DNA of 64,000 nucleotides from NCBI GenBank assembly GCA_002633005.1, contig NMRA01000699.1:90797-154796 (forward strand). Reading direction: 5' to 3'. Below the pieces are notes generated by a model. It was not told the origin of the DNA, ran no database searches, and saw only the letters and a list, made by a program, of their open reading frames with translations. Below are positions 12,801-25,385 of the stretch, one piece after another; position 1 is the stretch's first letter; every line of letters begins with the position of its first letter. The DNA is from Phoronis australis (lineage: Eukaryota; Animalia; Phoronida). The position numbers and the translations under genes were made by a program.

Positions 12801-13577
12801 TTAGAGTAAATCACAATCAAGGTCAATATTCGAGAGTCGAGTGTGTTACGGGCTAAAATAAAAAAAAATTTAGTCACTTACCAAATGCCAATTGAATCTC
12901 ATATGCAAAAAGTTCTTTAGTTGTCTTGCAAATAAAGAAGAATCTTCAAAATCGGTCAGTTTTATTTGGGAAATTTTTGCATGTTTTTGTCGATTAATTT
13001 TATTCAATTTTAGCGTGACGAGTGGCCGTTTTCCAGTCTGACAATAAACAATGGACATTATCATATTTGTGGACAATAGAATGCCACATAGGACTTGGCC
13101 ACTAACATCCTAACGCCATGTGTCAACTGGTGTTGCAGAGGCAGGTTGACAACTAATGTTGCAGATGCAGGTTCTCTATCTCTCAAGACATCTTGCAGCA
13201 AACCAACTAGTAGAGGCAGCACAAAACTCGAGATCATCTCATACATTTGATGTTGATTGACTATGCTTAACTACGTAGGGTGCGTATTCCCCAACCGGTA
13301 CCATTTTTACTCTTTACAAGTTGAGCACTGGACCTAGCATTGTTTCAACTATTTTGACCAACTGGTGAATTTATTAAAAAGTAGGTAAAAAGAAAAGATT
13401 AAGGTTTTTGTAAAAATCATATTGCAAGAGAAAGAGTTCTCATTACACTGTGTTTTAACACATTTAGCGCATCATCATATAGAACATCTTGATCAGTACG
13501 GTACGGCAATAATTTTTCTTACTTTAGCAGGTGATACTTCTTCAATTTGATCAAGAATGTTTTAAATTAATAGATAC

Positions 13578-13735
13578 CAGTGGCGGATTTACTGGGGGGC
13601 CAAGGGGCCACAGCCCTCTCTAATATTGTCCCAGATTCCATTTGGCAGTTCGGGAGTGCGAATATCTAATGGTGAAAACCTGGCTAATACTCTGCCCTGC
13701 CCCTTCTCCCATCTCAAAATCCTGGCTACCCAATG
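13578..13735. mobile_element. Short hAT-type MITE (CAGTGGCGGAT family)
   Basis: Begins CAGTGGCGGATTTA and aligns along its length with 51454-51612 (CCATTTGGCAGTTCGG...CCTGGCTAATACTC...CTCAAAATCCTGG). Confidence 0.65.
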
Positions 13736-15679
13736 AATTTTTGCATGATAGAAGTAGGCTGTGACCACAAGTTGTGTTTGTACCCTTTCATAGAATTGTG
13801 ATGCATCAGGCCATAAAGTTTATTTCGGTAGTTCTTGTGCAAAAATATTTTAGATTATAAACGTTGAATGACGGTACTTTAAAATAACCCAGCATTTACA
13901 GTTAAAAAGAATCAATTCACAATATTGCACCAAGGTCAAATGTCGCATTAAGAAAACTTCAAACTTACAACATATATAGTATATCTTGTTTGACAACCAA
14001 ACTAACAGGTTAGAAAACTCATACAATAATATCTGACTTGACTGAAACGTTGACACTTTACAAAGCAAAATAATTAACGAGAATCTCAGTCAAACTCCTA
14101 GTTCAGTTTTAAAGCTAAACCACCACAACAACTTCAACAGTCTCACAAACATAAATAAGATTGAAACTCGTAATAAAAACCACTAGGAACAATCCACAAG
14201 GCTTGCTAGAAAATAACAATGTACAATAACTCTTATAACTTAACGAATATGGATTTCGGCAACTTCAAACTTGCAATTCTATCTCTTTGCCGATGATGCA
14301 TTCTCTTACATGTATAGACACTTTGCTTCACCCTTGATTGCCAAATACTTCAACAAGGCTTAAACTCCCAAGCTCCTGGGAAAAACCTGGGAAATGGATT
14401 TCAATTTTTCCAACTGCAATATTCTACGCGTTTGCAGAAAACACTCCCCCATAATATCAAGGAGTGCAGTACAATATAAGTAGGAGAGTTCACTTGCGAG
14501 TTCGCTACTACAAGCGTCGCAACTCTCAAGTGGCAAGCGCGAGAACAATGGGGAAGGGCGCATTTTTCAGTGCAAAACCCCAGATGTGTCATTTTTTACA
14601 TTTCCTAGGGATCCATAAAGGTAAGGATTGTTTGTTATTAATAATATGGTACATGGTCTTTAGTTTTAGTTTCATTTTGTGCATTCTGTTCATGGTTGGA
14701 AGACAAGTCGATCGCAGTCCCGAAATCGCTGTCGTCTGTAGTGTAGGCTACTACACAGGCTACGCTCTGCCTTCTGCAGATACTTTTTGTCAATGTACGT
14801 CTCCTAAAATTATACATGTATGTGAGTGATCATCAGAATGGAATGCAGTGTTGAGTTAGTGATGCATTGTCTTGCATTCTTCTTCTTAGTTATGTTACAC
14901 CTACTGCACAAACCAATTGTCTGCACTGGCCTGGTGCATTCAATAGCCAACACATTCAAGATTGTTGGGTGGACATGAAAAGAGCAGTGAGATGGAAACA
15001 CTATGTAACGAAAAGTTGAAAATAACCAGGATAATACTTGGGCATGATGGCCACCAGTCATTACATGCAAAAGTCCTTGGGGAATGGGGTCGTGCACGAA
15101 TGCGGGTCAAATCTTATCACCACATAAGCAAATGTTGTCAAAGCCCGTTGGTTTTTGCCTGTTTAGCACTAATTCCCATGTACCCCCGGGAGGGTTTCAA
15201 CACCCATTTGGCGCCCACCTTGTTTGCACTCCTCCTTTGTGCCCCTTTTCTGGCACCAGGGGGTAACTCCCTCCTGAACCCCCAGGAGCACTCACTAAAA
15301 TTACATGGAGGTATCAAATGTTATGAAGAACGGTAATTTGCCTCATTAAGAACTCAAATACGAAAACAACATTCTGGTTTTTGAAGGGAGCTTTAAGAGA
15401 ATGAAAGCAAATAAACTTTAATATTGATTTAAACACACATTTTCAGTCTCATTCGATTATAAGTGGATGTTATTTTAAGTATTTTCCCATTTTCAATCAC
15501 ACACTAATTTTATGGCACGTCGAACGTCATTAAAGTATAAATTTATCAGTGTTTACACGGTTCGGACTGTACCGCTAAATTAGTGTTGCTTATTCGCCGC
15601 TTGGGGCGCTAGTTTTTCGACGGATAGCCATTGCGGCGAATGGCAAGATGGCGGCGTGAACTTTCCTATTCTTCGTACA

Positions 15680-16330
15680 CTCATTGATAATAAACAACTA
15701 CAGTCTTCACAACTCACCGCTCAAGTACATAAATCAAGTCCCCTGCCATGGGGTCACTCTTATCAATAATTTATCGTGTAACACTCACTTAGACACAATC
15801 ATATCTAAGGCAAACAAAACTCTTAGCTTCATGAAACGGAACCTTAAATATGGGCCTCATGAAACAAAAGCCTTGGCCTACATTTCATTAGCCCAAACTT
15901 GAATATCCCTCCTCTGTTTGTGATCCCTCCACACGCTCCAATATTGACAAGATAGAAAGAATACAGCGTAGAGCAGTCAGATTCGTCATTAATCATAACT
16001 ACAGATACTCCCCTGTTACGTCTATGCTCAAGACTCTCAAACGGCCCACCTTTCCAAAAAGACGTGCTCAAAATAAACTGTCTCCCATGTACAAGACAGT
16101 ACACAACGTAGTTGTCATTCCTCACACATACCTTTCACCCCTACATATTTCTAGTTCACGTAATTCCCTCTTTCAAACCTTTGAGACGACATTCATGTAA
16201 ATTCACATTGCATGCTACGCAAACTCTTTCTTCCCATCTACTATTTTACTCTGGAATAGACTCCTACAACATTCCATTCCATAAGAAACAATAGAGATGC
16301 TCACTAGTCTCATGTCAAACATCAACAGTA
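15680..16330 (+). mobile_element. LINE 3' fragment (L2/CR1-group ORF2 C-terminus), degenerate
   Basis: GVTL.NNLS.NTHLDTIISKANKTLSFMKRNLK...TKALAYISL, then frameshifted PKLEY...DP...IERIQRRAVRFV. Confidence 0.85.
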
Positions 16331-16458
16331 CTCAGCAAATATTAAAACTTGTTTTTATCCTGACTCTTGTTGTTATTTTCACAGTTATGCACAGTTCAAA
16401 TTTGTCACTAACTTGCGTCAACATATAGGGATCGGTACTAAATCGTTTGCTGTACTTG

Positions 16459-16492
16459 GAAGAAGAAGAAGGAGAAGAAGAAGAAGAAGAAG
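16459..16492. repeat. (GAA)n microsatellite
   Basis: Direct reading of the GAA run. Confidence 0.9.
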
Positions 16493-16764
16493 ACGAACTT
16501 AAGCTCCATATACTTGTAACACAGTTCATAAAGATGAAGAACCTCACGGAGCATGCCCAAACTAGACGCCAGTCAACAGAGAAACACATTGGCATAAATT
16601 ACAGTATCAAACGTAAACAAACACTAAGTGAATCAGTTAGGCTCCAGTAACAGATTATTTTTAAACAAAATCACTAATCAAAGTTCCCTGGTAGGTAATT
16701 ACAGTCAAATCAACATTAAAAAGCGACTGATCAGAACAAGTGCCAATAGGTCTTGAGATATTAA

Positions 16765-17951
16765 AGGAGAACGCAACCTTTTTTCGTGTCATTTTCAGTA
16801 AAATACGGTTCGTTAATTATCCCAGACAATTGTTTCGGTTAATAACGGCTTCCCGTAATTTTATTTGTTAGCCGTGCCTTACTCTAGGAGTGACGAATAA
16901 GGGAGTTAAGAATTTCCCGCCTTCTCGTTTTCATATAGTCTGACCATGCGACATGTTGAGTCAGTCGTTGTTTTACCTCGGTTGCAATAAGTTCGGTTGT
17001 CATTTGTATTTGTTTACGAGTCAGTCAACGTGTCGCACGGTTGCTGCGTTCTAAGGGTGTACTCGTTATCGTCTCGTGCACTTTAGGTACATTGTATGCC
17101 ATTACAGCGCTTTCCGAAAGATAACAGGCTCCGCCGTACTTGACCTGTTTGTGTGAAGAACGCAGCGTTATCGTCCACGCAACGTACAAAGCAGTGGGGA
17201 ATTATCGAGTGAGTGGCAAGCATTTTCTGCTGTTGGATTACGAAAGAGATAGGTATCGGGAATTGATGAAGTTACCAGCAAAACAACGCCTGACGAAAGG
17301 TGACTCTCGTCGTCCAGTGGTCAGGCCGATGAGCAAAACTTCGATAAGTTTATTGTGGACTTGACTAAAGTATTGGAGCTATTTAGAAGGGGCCAAGTGT
17401 GTGGCGAGGGAGTCACACGGTTGGATGTAAGCGGTTTGGGTGCTCTGGTCACCATCCAGTGAGAACAGCATAGGCGTTCCATTGAGGTCGGCATACCAGT
17501 GCACACCCTGCATTTACACTAAGACGTCTCACCAGGTCTGTCTCCAGTCTCTGCCTCATCCCTTTCAACAACTGTCTGTATTCTGCCTTACTATACTTGG
17601 GCTCAAACATATATCCACCCACAGCAGCTACAATCTAAAATCTTCCTAACCCAACGTAAATGAGTCCTATAACAATCTAGCTTGTTGCAGATTACTTGTC
17701 GATGGGAAGTGTTGACGTCAATTTCAGCAGACCAGCACAAAAACAACAGTAGAACAAATCCTCAGAGTAACTCGAACACACTAGAAACAAAATGGCGGGA
17801 AATTCGTAACCCCCTAAACGTCACTTCCGGAGTAGTGCACGACTAATTAATAAAATTACGAAGAGCCGTGATTAAATAAGTCATATGTCTGGGATAATCA
17901 ACGGACCATGTTTTTTGCTAAAAAGACACGAAATAAGGTGGCCTTCCCTTT
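16765..17951 (+). mobile_element. Kolobok-type DNA transposon, internally deleted, with THAP remnant
   Basis: TTAA at 16761-64 and 17952-55, AG start, ~160-bp imperfect TIRs. Internal frameshifted THAP (CC..GC...RFPKD...RVSGKHF...DYERD...RL). A KVLELFRR.QVCGE segment is shared with 49600-49750. Confidence 0.8.
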
Positions 17952-18385
17952 TTAACAAACAATTGTTGCATTCAAATTTCGCGTCTCTCTGCCAAAAATA
18001 CGACCTTCATCAAGAAAACTAGGAAAGGTCATGAACATTGCAATTTTAAGTCCTTTTAGACACCTATCTGACTGCAGGTATTTTTTGTCTCTGTTAATAT
18101 GATTCCATGCACAAATACCATAATAAAATGTAGACATTGAGCCATCCAGGAATGTTCCGATATTAACAGTTGTAACTGGTGTTATGGTTTACGTTTTTGA
18201 TTTTCTAGATCAAATACAACACAAACAAAAATAGTTCAAACCACCTGTCTCTCGGTCTTTTTGAATAGAGCAGGAAAATACACTGTCTAGTCGTCAAACG
18301 TTTCAACTTTCTTAAAAAGTTGTTTTCAAGCTCATTTGGCTTCGCGATGCATCATTGCAGAATGGCTCTATATGACCTTCGTAGT

Positions 18386-20774
18386 CAGTGGCCGATCTAC
18401 GGGGGGTTCAGGGGGTTTAACCCCCCCCCTCGGGCCAGGACCCAAAAATTAAAAATAATAAAAAAACGTCTCCAGCAAAATAAAAACGGCACCGCCAGCG
18501 TGTGTAAACCCCAAGTAAACCAACTTGGAAAAAATGAGGGAGGGGTTCACTCTGAAAATACATTTTTTTGCATTGTGAATTGGTGTTATGAAAATCAACG
18601 CATTTCGAGTCTTCGTGACGCATCGGCAAAACCCCGGAGATCAATTGTGCGCGCGCTTCCGTCGACACTTCTGAAGTAGACTAACCAAGCATTTTAGATG
18701 GATCCACCGCTGAAAGAGCAGCTCTATAGTTGATTTCTTTAGGTAACTAGTTTCTTTACTCTAACATATGTTTTGATTTGATTAGGGGAAATACTGTGGT
18801 GCCGCAACCCTGATATTCAGGCGAATTGACGTGCAACGTTTTTACCTCATCTGTCATGCCGTGTCATCCTATTACACCCCACACGTTTGTAACTCATGTA
18901 TAGTAAAGTTGTCTTGCGCAATATCATGCAGTGTACATGTTCACGTAATACATTTGAAAAAAACTCGTTTTCCGAAGAATTGCTATTGTGGCGGGCGCCG
19001 TGGTCTGGTCGCGAGTCTGTTTCAGAGGATGCACTCTAACAAGTTATGTCTATACAAGGAATGACCAAGGGGGCACTCACATTGACAAAGTGACCGCATT
19101 CGCGAACAGTGTACAGTACCAGAAATTTGCTGGGGGGCTGCATTTTCACAAAAAAAGTCTTTCGGGACTCGTGCGATGTTCAATAGACCTCCTAAGGAGC
19201 CCGAAGAGCCGTCCTCAACACCTACCGTCTAATAAGCACCACTGCCATTTTCTACACTGGGAATTTCCGCAGAAAGGCCCAACCGACGAAACGCCCATGC
19301 CCATGGGCATTTATTTGATGTTAGTACTTCGGGTTTCAAGCGTTCAGACATTGGGACGTTTATTTCGAAAATTACAAGAGATGCAAATGGGTCCTAGGAT
19401 ACATCGTCAAGGTTTGAAGTAGTCCGTGATGAACGGATCAAATTTAGTTGCGCATGCTGTCTTCTGAATGGACTTGGTAACCTCAGGGGGCTTAGTGCCA
19501 ACTGAGCTGCGAAACGAGATGCTGACATTGTAGAGGTGTACAAGCTCATTGACATAGCAGTTGACGAAGTGCAAGTGTTGGGAAGAAACATCAAAGATGT
19601 CTAGGTAGAATGGTTCCAAGACGAGCAAACCATTGGATCCGATATAGGCCTACAGATTCCTCGGCAGCCTAGACAACAGACACATAGGACCAACGTTCCT
19701 GGAGAAACACCCAGGTAATAAGTTATATAATTCTACACAGTTTGTAATAATGTCGGTTTTTTATGCTTGTGTACAAAGAAAACGAAATAGAAAATATTTT
19801 TGGACATGTCAAATTTACCCAGAACAGCAGAGGGTCTACGAAAATCTATTTCACATAGTGCGTAGTTAAATCTGTACTCAATACTTGTTCCTTCCAGGGA
19901 GTACCGGGTACTACACAACGGTGCGAAAATCCTTCCTAGACAACCTCTCGCAGTTGACCACCAGATGTGTAGTAAACTACACGTATGAGCAACCACTGGG
20001 GATTAAAAAGTGTCTAGAGAGAAGTTTTCAATTCAATTTTTTTTGCAAAGTACGCTTTAGGTCTCGTGACGGACCAGGTCAGCCTTTTTGTGTACTCTCA
20101 GTGCACATCTGGTCCGTCTGTAAACTAGTCCAGTATATCTTTTCACCACTGTGCACACGATGTTTTGGTTTCGTAAAACTGTTTTCAGATGATTTGTTTC
20201 CTTATACATTTGACGTTTTTCAATTGTTGTCAACGTGATACTTAATTGTTTATTGTCGCTTTTAATAATAGACTATGAGCTAAGAGCACCGTCGTTCGCC
20301 AGTTTTTCTCGTAACAAGACAGAACACATGTTTATTTCCAGACTAAAAGTACAGGCCTTCGTTCTTAAACAGCTTGAGGGTGTTGCGATCATCTGATATT
20401 CAAGTTTTTACGCCCTGTCGGTGCTCCTTATGCTCTTGAATATTTGGTAGTTGTTTAAACCCCTGTATACACACCACACTTTTTCGTATGCTAAAAAGAT
20501 GTGTGTAAGCCGATGTTCCAACAAACATTTTTGCTGGTGGCGTGACTCATACCCAGATGTGCACAAATATGATTTCACGAAACTTATGAGCCAAGTTCAT
20601 GTGCCGAAATCTAGAACGAACTCCAGGGACATGTTAAGTACCAGAAACGTACCAGGATGCATGGAAATTTCACTGTTTGGCTACAAAAACAAAAAGTTGT
20701 CTTACACGGGAGGGGGTTTACCCGACCTCCCCCCNNNNNNNCCCCCCCTTACTGAAAACGTAGATCCGCCACTG
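18386..20774 (+). mobile_element. Decayed hAT transposon with 5-bp TSD (hAT5-like)
   Basis: TIRs CAGTGGCCGATCTACG / CGTAGATCCGCCACTG, flanked by GTAGT on both sides (18381-85, 20775-79). Internal hAT-like peptide remnants: RGLS..L...DADIVEVYKLIDIAV, YYTTVRKSFLDNLSQLTTR, DLFPYTFDVFQLLST. Confidence 0.75.
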
Positions 20775-21074
20775 GTAGTAAGCTTGTCTGTCTAGTAAGA
20801 CCAAGCCGTGATGCACAGAAAGGCGTCATTTAGCCAAGGGAATGATACTGAATTATACGAACACCAGGTATTTCCGAAACCTAAGCCAATAATGATATGT
20901 AAACATTTGGAATAACTTAGCATATTTTATCATAAATACTCAACGGAACTAAATTTGGTTTCATCCCATATTCCATTTCTCTGCAAAATAGAATCCACAA
21001 ACCAGATATTCAATCAATTACAGTACCATCCTCAAATGAGTTGGTGGCAGGATACACTTCGATGTGATCCATAT

Positions 21075-21795
21075 TCACATATGATTGCCGACAACTGCCG
21101 TTGCACCGTTCGCGGTCTCATGCATAAGTGACATCTGCACAGAACTGGTAGGGAACCTACGGAAGTATTTCCTGAAGCAATTAGTTCTCATCTCTCTTAC
21201 GTAGGACTTAAATGTTTCATTGAACGACATGTATAGTATTGGATTTAAAGCGCAGTTCGAGTTGGCGAGTAGCATGCAAATTATTACTGCATTGTCTGAA
21301 ACTCTTACTGTAGACCTGAACAGCGCTAGGACATGCAAAGTAAAGAATGGGAACCAACATACAGCGAAGCACATTACTATCAATATTAGCGTCAAAATGA
21401 TCTTCTTTTTCTTCTTCATTTGTCTGATGAACCGAGCAGAAGTTCTGTCTTCACCCACTGGCTTCTTTGTCCAAACTCGTTGAGCTACTTTGATATACAA
21501 AAAGGCCATTAAACATAGTGGCGCGCAAAACAAAACTACGAAATTACAGAAGGAATAAGCGTATGGAGCCCAGGAAAATGATGTCATGTTGAAATACTCA
21601 GCACAAACTTCAACTCGCCGCAAGGAGGCGTTGTGATCTGGTCCCGTGATAATTACACGTGGCTCCAGTCTATTGATGAGAATCTGTGGGAACATCAGTA
21701 CAAAGGAAGAGGCCCAGAGGATGGCAATGGTCATTGCAGACTTTTCCGAGTTGGTTACAAGTCGTGTCAATAAGGGACGGCAAATCACAAAATAT
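21075..21795 (-). CDS. Class A (rhodopsin-like) neuropeptide GPCR, QRFP-receptor-like; final coding exon (end of TM3 to C-terminus)
   Basis: Uninterrupted ORF: (R)YFVICRPL, TM4 W...P, ECL2 Cys (EVCAEYF), TM5 F..P....FLY, TM6 FAVCWFP, TM7 NCALNPILY, helix 8 (NETFK). Polypyrimidine tract plus CAG acceptor (21796-98) splits the Arg codon of the D/ERY motif. Confidence 0.92.
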
Positions 21796-21859
21796 CTGAA
21801 ACAAAGAGAACATCCGAGATATTTCGATAACAACTAAATTGATCATTCGTATACAGTTT

Positions 21860-21995
21860 CGAGGTGGACAGTGAAAAGGAAGTTACAGACAGAAGGGCGA
21901 GGGTCATTGCACTCGTTTGCGAGTTGGTTACAAATCGTGTCAATATATGAGGCGGCAAATCATGAAATATCTGAAACCTAGAAAATATGAGAGAT
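21860..21995 (-). pseudogene. Degenerate tandem duplicate of the GPCR splice acceptor and first ~110 nt of the exon
   Basis: 175 bp upstream of the real acceptor: TTTCAG|ATATTTCATGATTTGCCG... giving YFMICR, then a 2-nt insertion and TGA. The shifted frame continues LTRFVTNSQTSAMTLALL versus LTRLVTNSEKSAMTIAIL. Confidence 0.85.
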
Positions 21996-22725
21996 GTTTT
22001 AATAGTATGACTAGTTTGCTCATTAGCATACAGTTTCGGTTTGGAACCTCTGGTTTCGAAACGTCTCCGACAAACCTTACACAAGGCAAGTAATTAGAAA
22101 ATAGTGACTTAACCACTGCGCTCCGTGATTACAGGCTTGGAAGTGAAGTTATCTGAGCAACGAGACTTTGTCGAACTCACGGTCCGTCTGTGACCCAGAT
22201 ATGGCTTTGATGCACGTCCTGTACCCCCCGAGAAAATTAAATGCAAATTGTGGAACAAATCACTCAACCAAGCCTGCTCAACCTGTGGGATTTGAAAGGT
22301 GAAATAAATACAACAAAGGAAAAAGTAGAAAGCAACGCATCGGAGCTCCCATAAGATTACAATAATTGTCCCAGTGTAACTAATAGATGTTATTATGTTC
22401 CCTGAGATTCTACACAGTTTTGATTTCCAAGTTGTATTTGTGCAAGCCATCCTGGGATGAGTGATGTTTAGGGCTGGATTTGGCATCCCAAATTTGGCAC
22501 TGCATGTGAAGGATACGGCATTTGCGTGTTTGTCGGGTGTGTTCTGCGTCAGATTGCCAGATGTCTACCCAAGTGACCCAGTTTTTGCTCCGTCTTAACG
22601 TTTTGTTCTCGTAACTGCTTGGATGCGGGATTTTGAAATTGAGCTGGAGGCTCAGAGGTGCTCTTCAGACACCTTAGACTTGTAAAAACCTGGCTGGCTG
22701 ACATCGAGTTTTTGCCACGGTTCAG

Positions 22726-22942
22726 GGGCCCGTTTCAAGGAACTATCAATTTTGACTAACATCTAAGACTTGTCTCAACTTCCAAACTTTGAAAATACTC
22801 AATTAGTCAAACGTCAGGCAAAACCTAATTAAGTAAGTTTTCCGAGTCCAGGGGTTGTCGCATTTGTAAGATTTGAGTGTTTAGTTGAACATGTAGGTCT
22901 GTGGCGTTATTTATACCTGGCTAAGCTTAAAAAACGAGGCCC
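22726..22942. mobile_element. PIF/Harbinger-type MITE
   Basis: Imperfect TIRs GGGCCCGTTTCAAGG ... AAAAAACGAGGCCC. 3-bp flanks CAG/TTG are not identical. Confidence 0.45.
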
Positions 22943-25385
22943 TTGTTTAAAGCAGGAGCTGCATAAAGTTTAATTCGTGTAGACGTCTCTCTACGCTGAG
23001 TTTTTATAAAAACGAGCCTGTCTGTAACAAAGTACGATAAATTCATAAAATATTACGTGAAAATCGACTGAAGTTCATACAAAGTAGTGGCCCTGTGGAA
23101 ACATGATGAACAACTCACGGAATTCCGTGTGTGGGCATCAAATTGAATACGCATGTTTGGTCGGAAATTTAACGATCACATCGCCACTACTTGCACACGT
23201 CTTCAATGCACTTTACTTGTTTGGGCTTAGCCACGTAATCGCTGTTCCCTTGATTTTCTTTACTTTGATCACTGCCCGTTTTAATCAGTTGCAACTATTC
23301 ATGTCAAATGTGGTCGCAATACTACTTAAAAATAAACCGAAAGAGGTTTCCCAGATTTCAAACAATGGGAATGACTGAATGATAAGGAGTAAAGAACAAT
23401 GGACGCATGAAGCAGAATTGAGTAGTACTTAACCCAGAGCTGCTTAAAAACACGTACCATCAAAATGTCTCGAACAAATGAATGAAGCGGAAGATTGAGT
23501 CTAATACTGGAATAAAAACTTACTTACAAAAATTATCGACTTTGCGTCTGCGTCTCACGGACTTCAGCTTGGCTTGTGACGTTATCGTTATTCAGGCTAA
23601 TTCAGGGGCGAAGGAAGCGGGGGGCACGGGCCCTCCCCCAAAAAAATTTCAGGCTTCAGGTTTACACCGTAACAACCGACATACGCATGGGAAGTAAACA
23701 ATCGAGAAAAGAAAGGTTGCTCAATGCGGATAAGAGAGAAAATTCAAGAGAACATTTAACAACTCTGTATCAGTGCATGGTTTAATTTTTGAAGAAATTG
23801 GTCAGGACATTGTTGTTGGGGTCTCCGTTTTCGCAACATATGTCGTCTAAACGCACTTGAAAACCTGCACGTAATGATTCAGGCATATATTTCGAAAAAT
23901 CGAAAAAAGTGTACAGTGTATAATGCAAATATTTTTTAGGACTTACTCAATTCTGACTGCTTTGTGCTAGACATCGGAGATAATCCATTGACCACTTTCC
24001 CTAGCTAAGTTTATTAGCCGTTTTTGTGACCCTCTCACTGCCATATGTCGCAATGTAGCTTTATGTAACTTTTTGAACATAGAGCTAAAGACTAAATTTT
24101 GATAACTGACTAAATAATACCTTACCTCAACTTTGAATTTAGTGAAACATTTCTTGCAAAACCTGTCGATTTTGGAAACGATGATCATACGTTACAGACA
24201 AATTAAACGAAATTTCGAACAAGAAATATGCTTTAAATTGTTATAAAAGTCAAGTTGTTTTCTCGATGTATTTTGCAAGCAGTATCAAAATTTAACACCA
24301 AGACCATTGTCTAGTGAGTCAGTTGACATTAGGTTTGAGGATATATAAAAAGCTTGTACAAGTAACCCTCTTCTTTTCTTCCATTATCATTTACTTGACA
24401 ATTGCAGGCCAGTTAAAAGAAATAAATCCCTTTGAAGTTTGATTATGAAAGAAGTGTTATTTGCAAAGACGGGTTACCATTTCTGTTCGTTTAGAGAGTT
24501 TTCATCAAACAAGTGCGATCACAAAAGCTTTGTGGCTTTAGTGAATCATACTAAAAAACTTCAGAACATCCTAGATGCGGTAAAATACCGCATAAGTCAA
24601 GGCCAGTGGCAGAGTATAAGCTCATACTAGCCAGGATATGTAAATATGTGACTGAGCATGAACAATCGCACAGTCAATTCATATGTATTGTTCACCGAGA
24701 ATTTGGTGCCGGTTTACACCCAAGCAGAAACGGTCTGTACCCTAACAACCATGACCTTCAGAAGAAAATCTGAACGGATTATTGACTTCAACATTTCACG
24801 GTGCACATTGGCTCAGTGCTCGCCATACAAATGTACAGTGTATTATATGTTTTATCGTAGTAAATTGTAGTTTGTAGTTGAGGTGAAATGACAATAGTCA
24901 GTCCAGTGAGCTTAGCGAGCACGTCTCTGCCCCGTCGACACCTCACTCAAGTGGTACTCTCCTTCCCCGGTTAGTAACTGCCTAACAACCCCCCTCCAGT
25001 TACCAGATGCCTGGTTCCCCCTTGGACGACAAATGTTAAGCACCCCTCTCTTTCTTACAGTTATAAATTTATTAAGAAATACTCAAAAATATAATACTAT
25101 ATAATTCAGGCCGGAAACCGCAGTAAGCAATATGTCCGAGCTTTAGGCAATGAACACCCAGTACAAAACAGGAATATTCATATGTTATCGTTTTATACAA
25201 GAATGAGAGAAAAGAGAAAAGTGTTATTAACTAACAACACATCAATCCAACAGCAGACTAAACAAATAATGCGGCTTATTGAAGCAGCAAAAGATGAGTT
25301 TCTGCACCTGAACCAATACTGAGGACATTGGCTTTCTCTAGCAAACTGCGTTATTCATTAAGTGTAGAGAACACATCAGAGTTAA

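Noticed and set aside
16332-16650. Poly-Glu / poly-Ser ORFs
   Set aside because: Explained by the (GAA)n microsatellite.
22109-22486. 125-aa minus-strand ORF just upstream of the GPCR exon
   Set aside because: No TM2 LA..D or TM3 motifs, and no donor in phase with the D/ERY intron.
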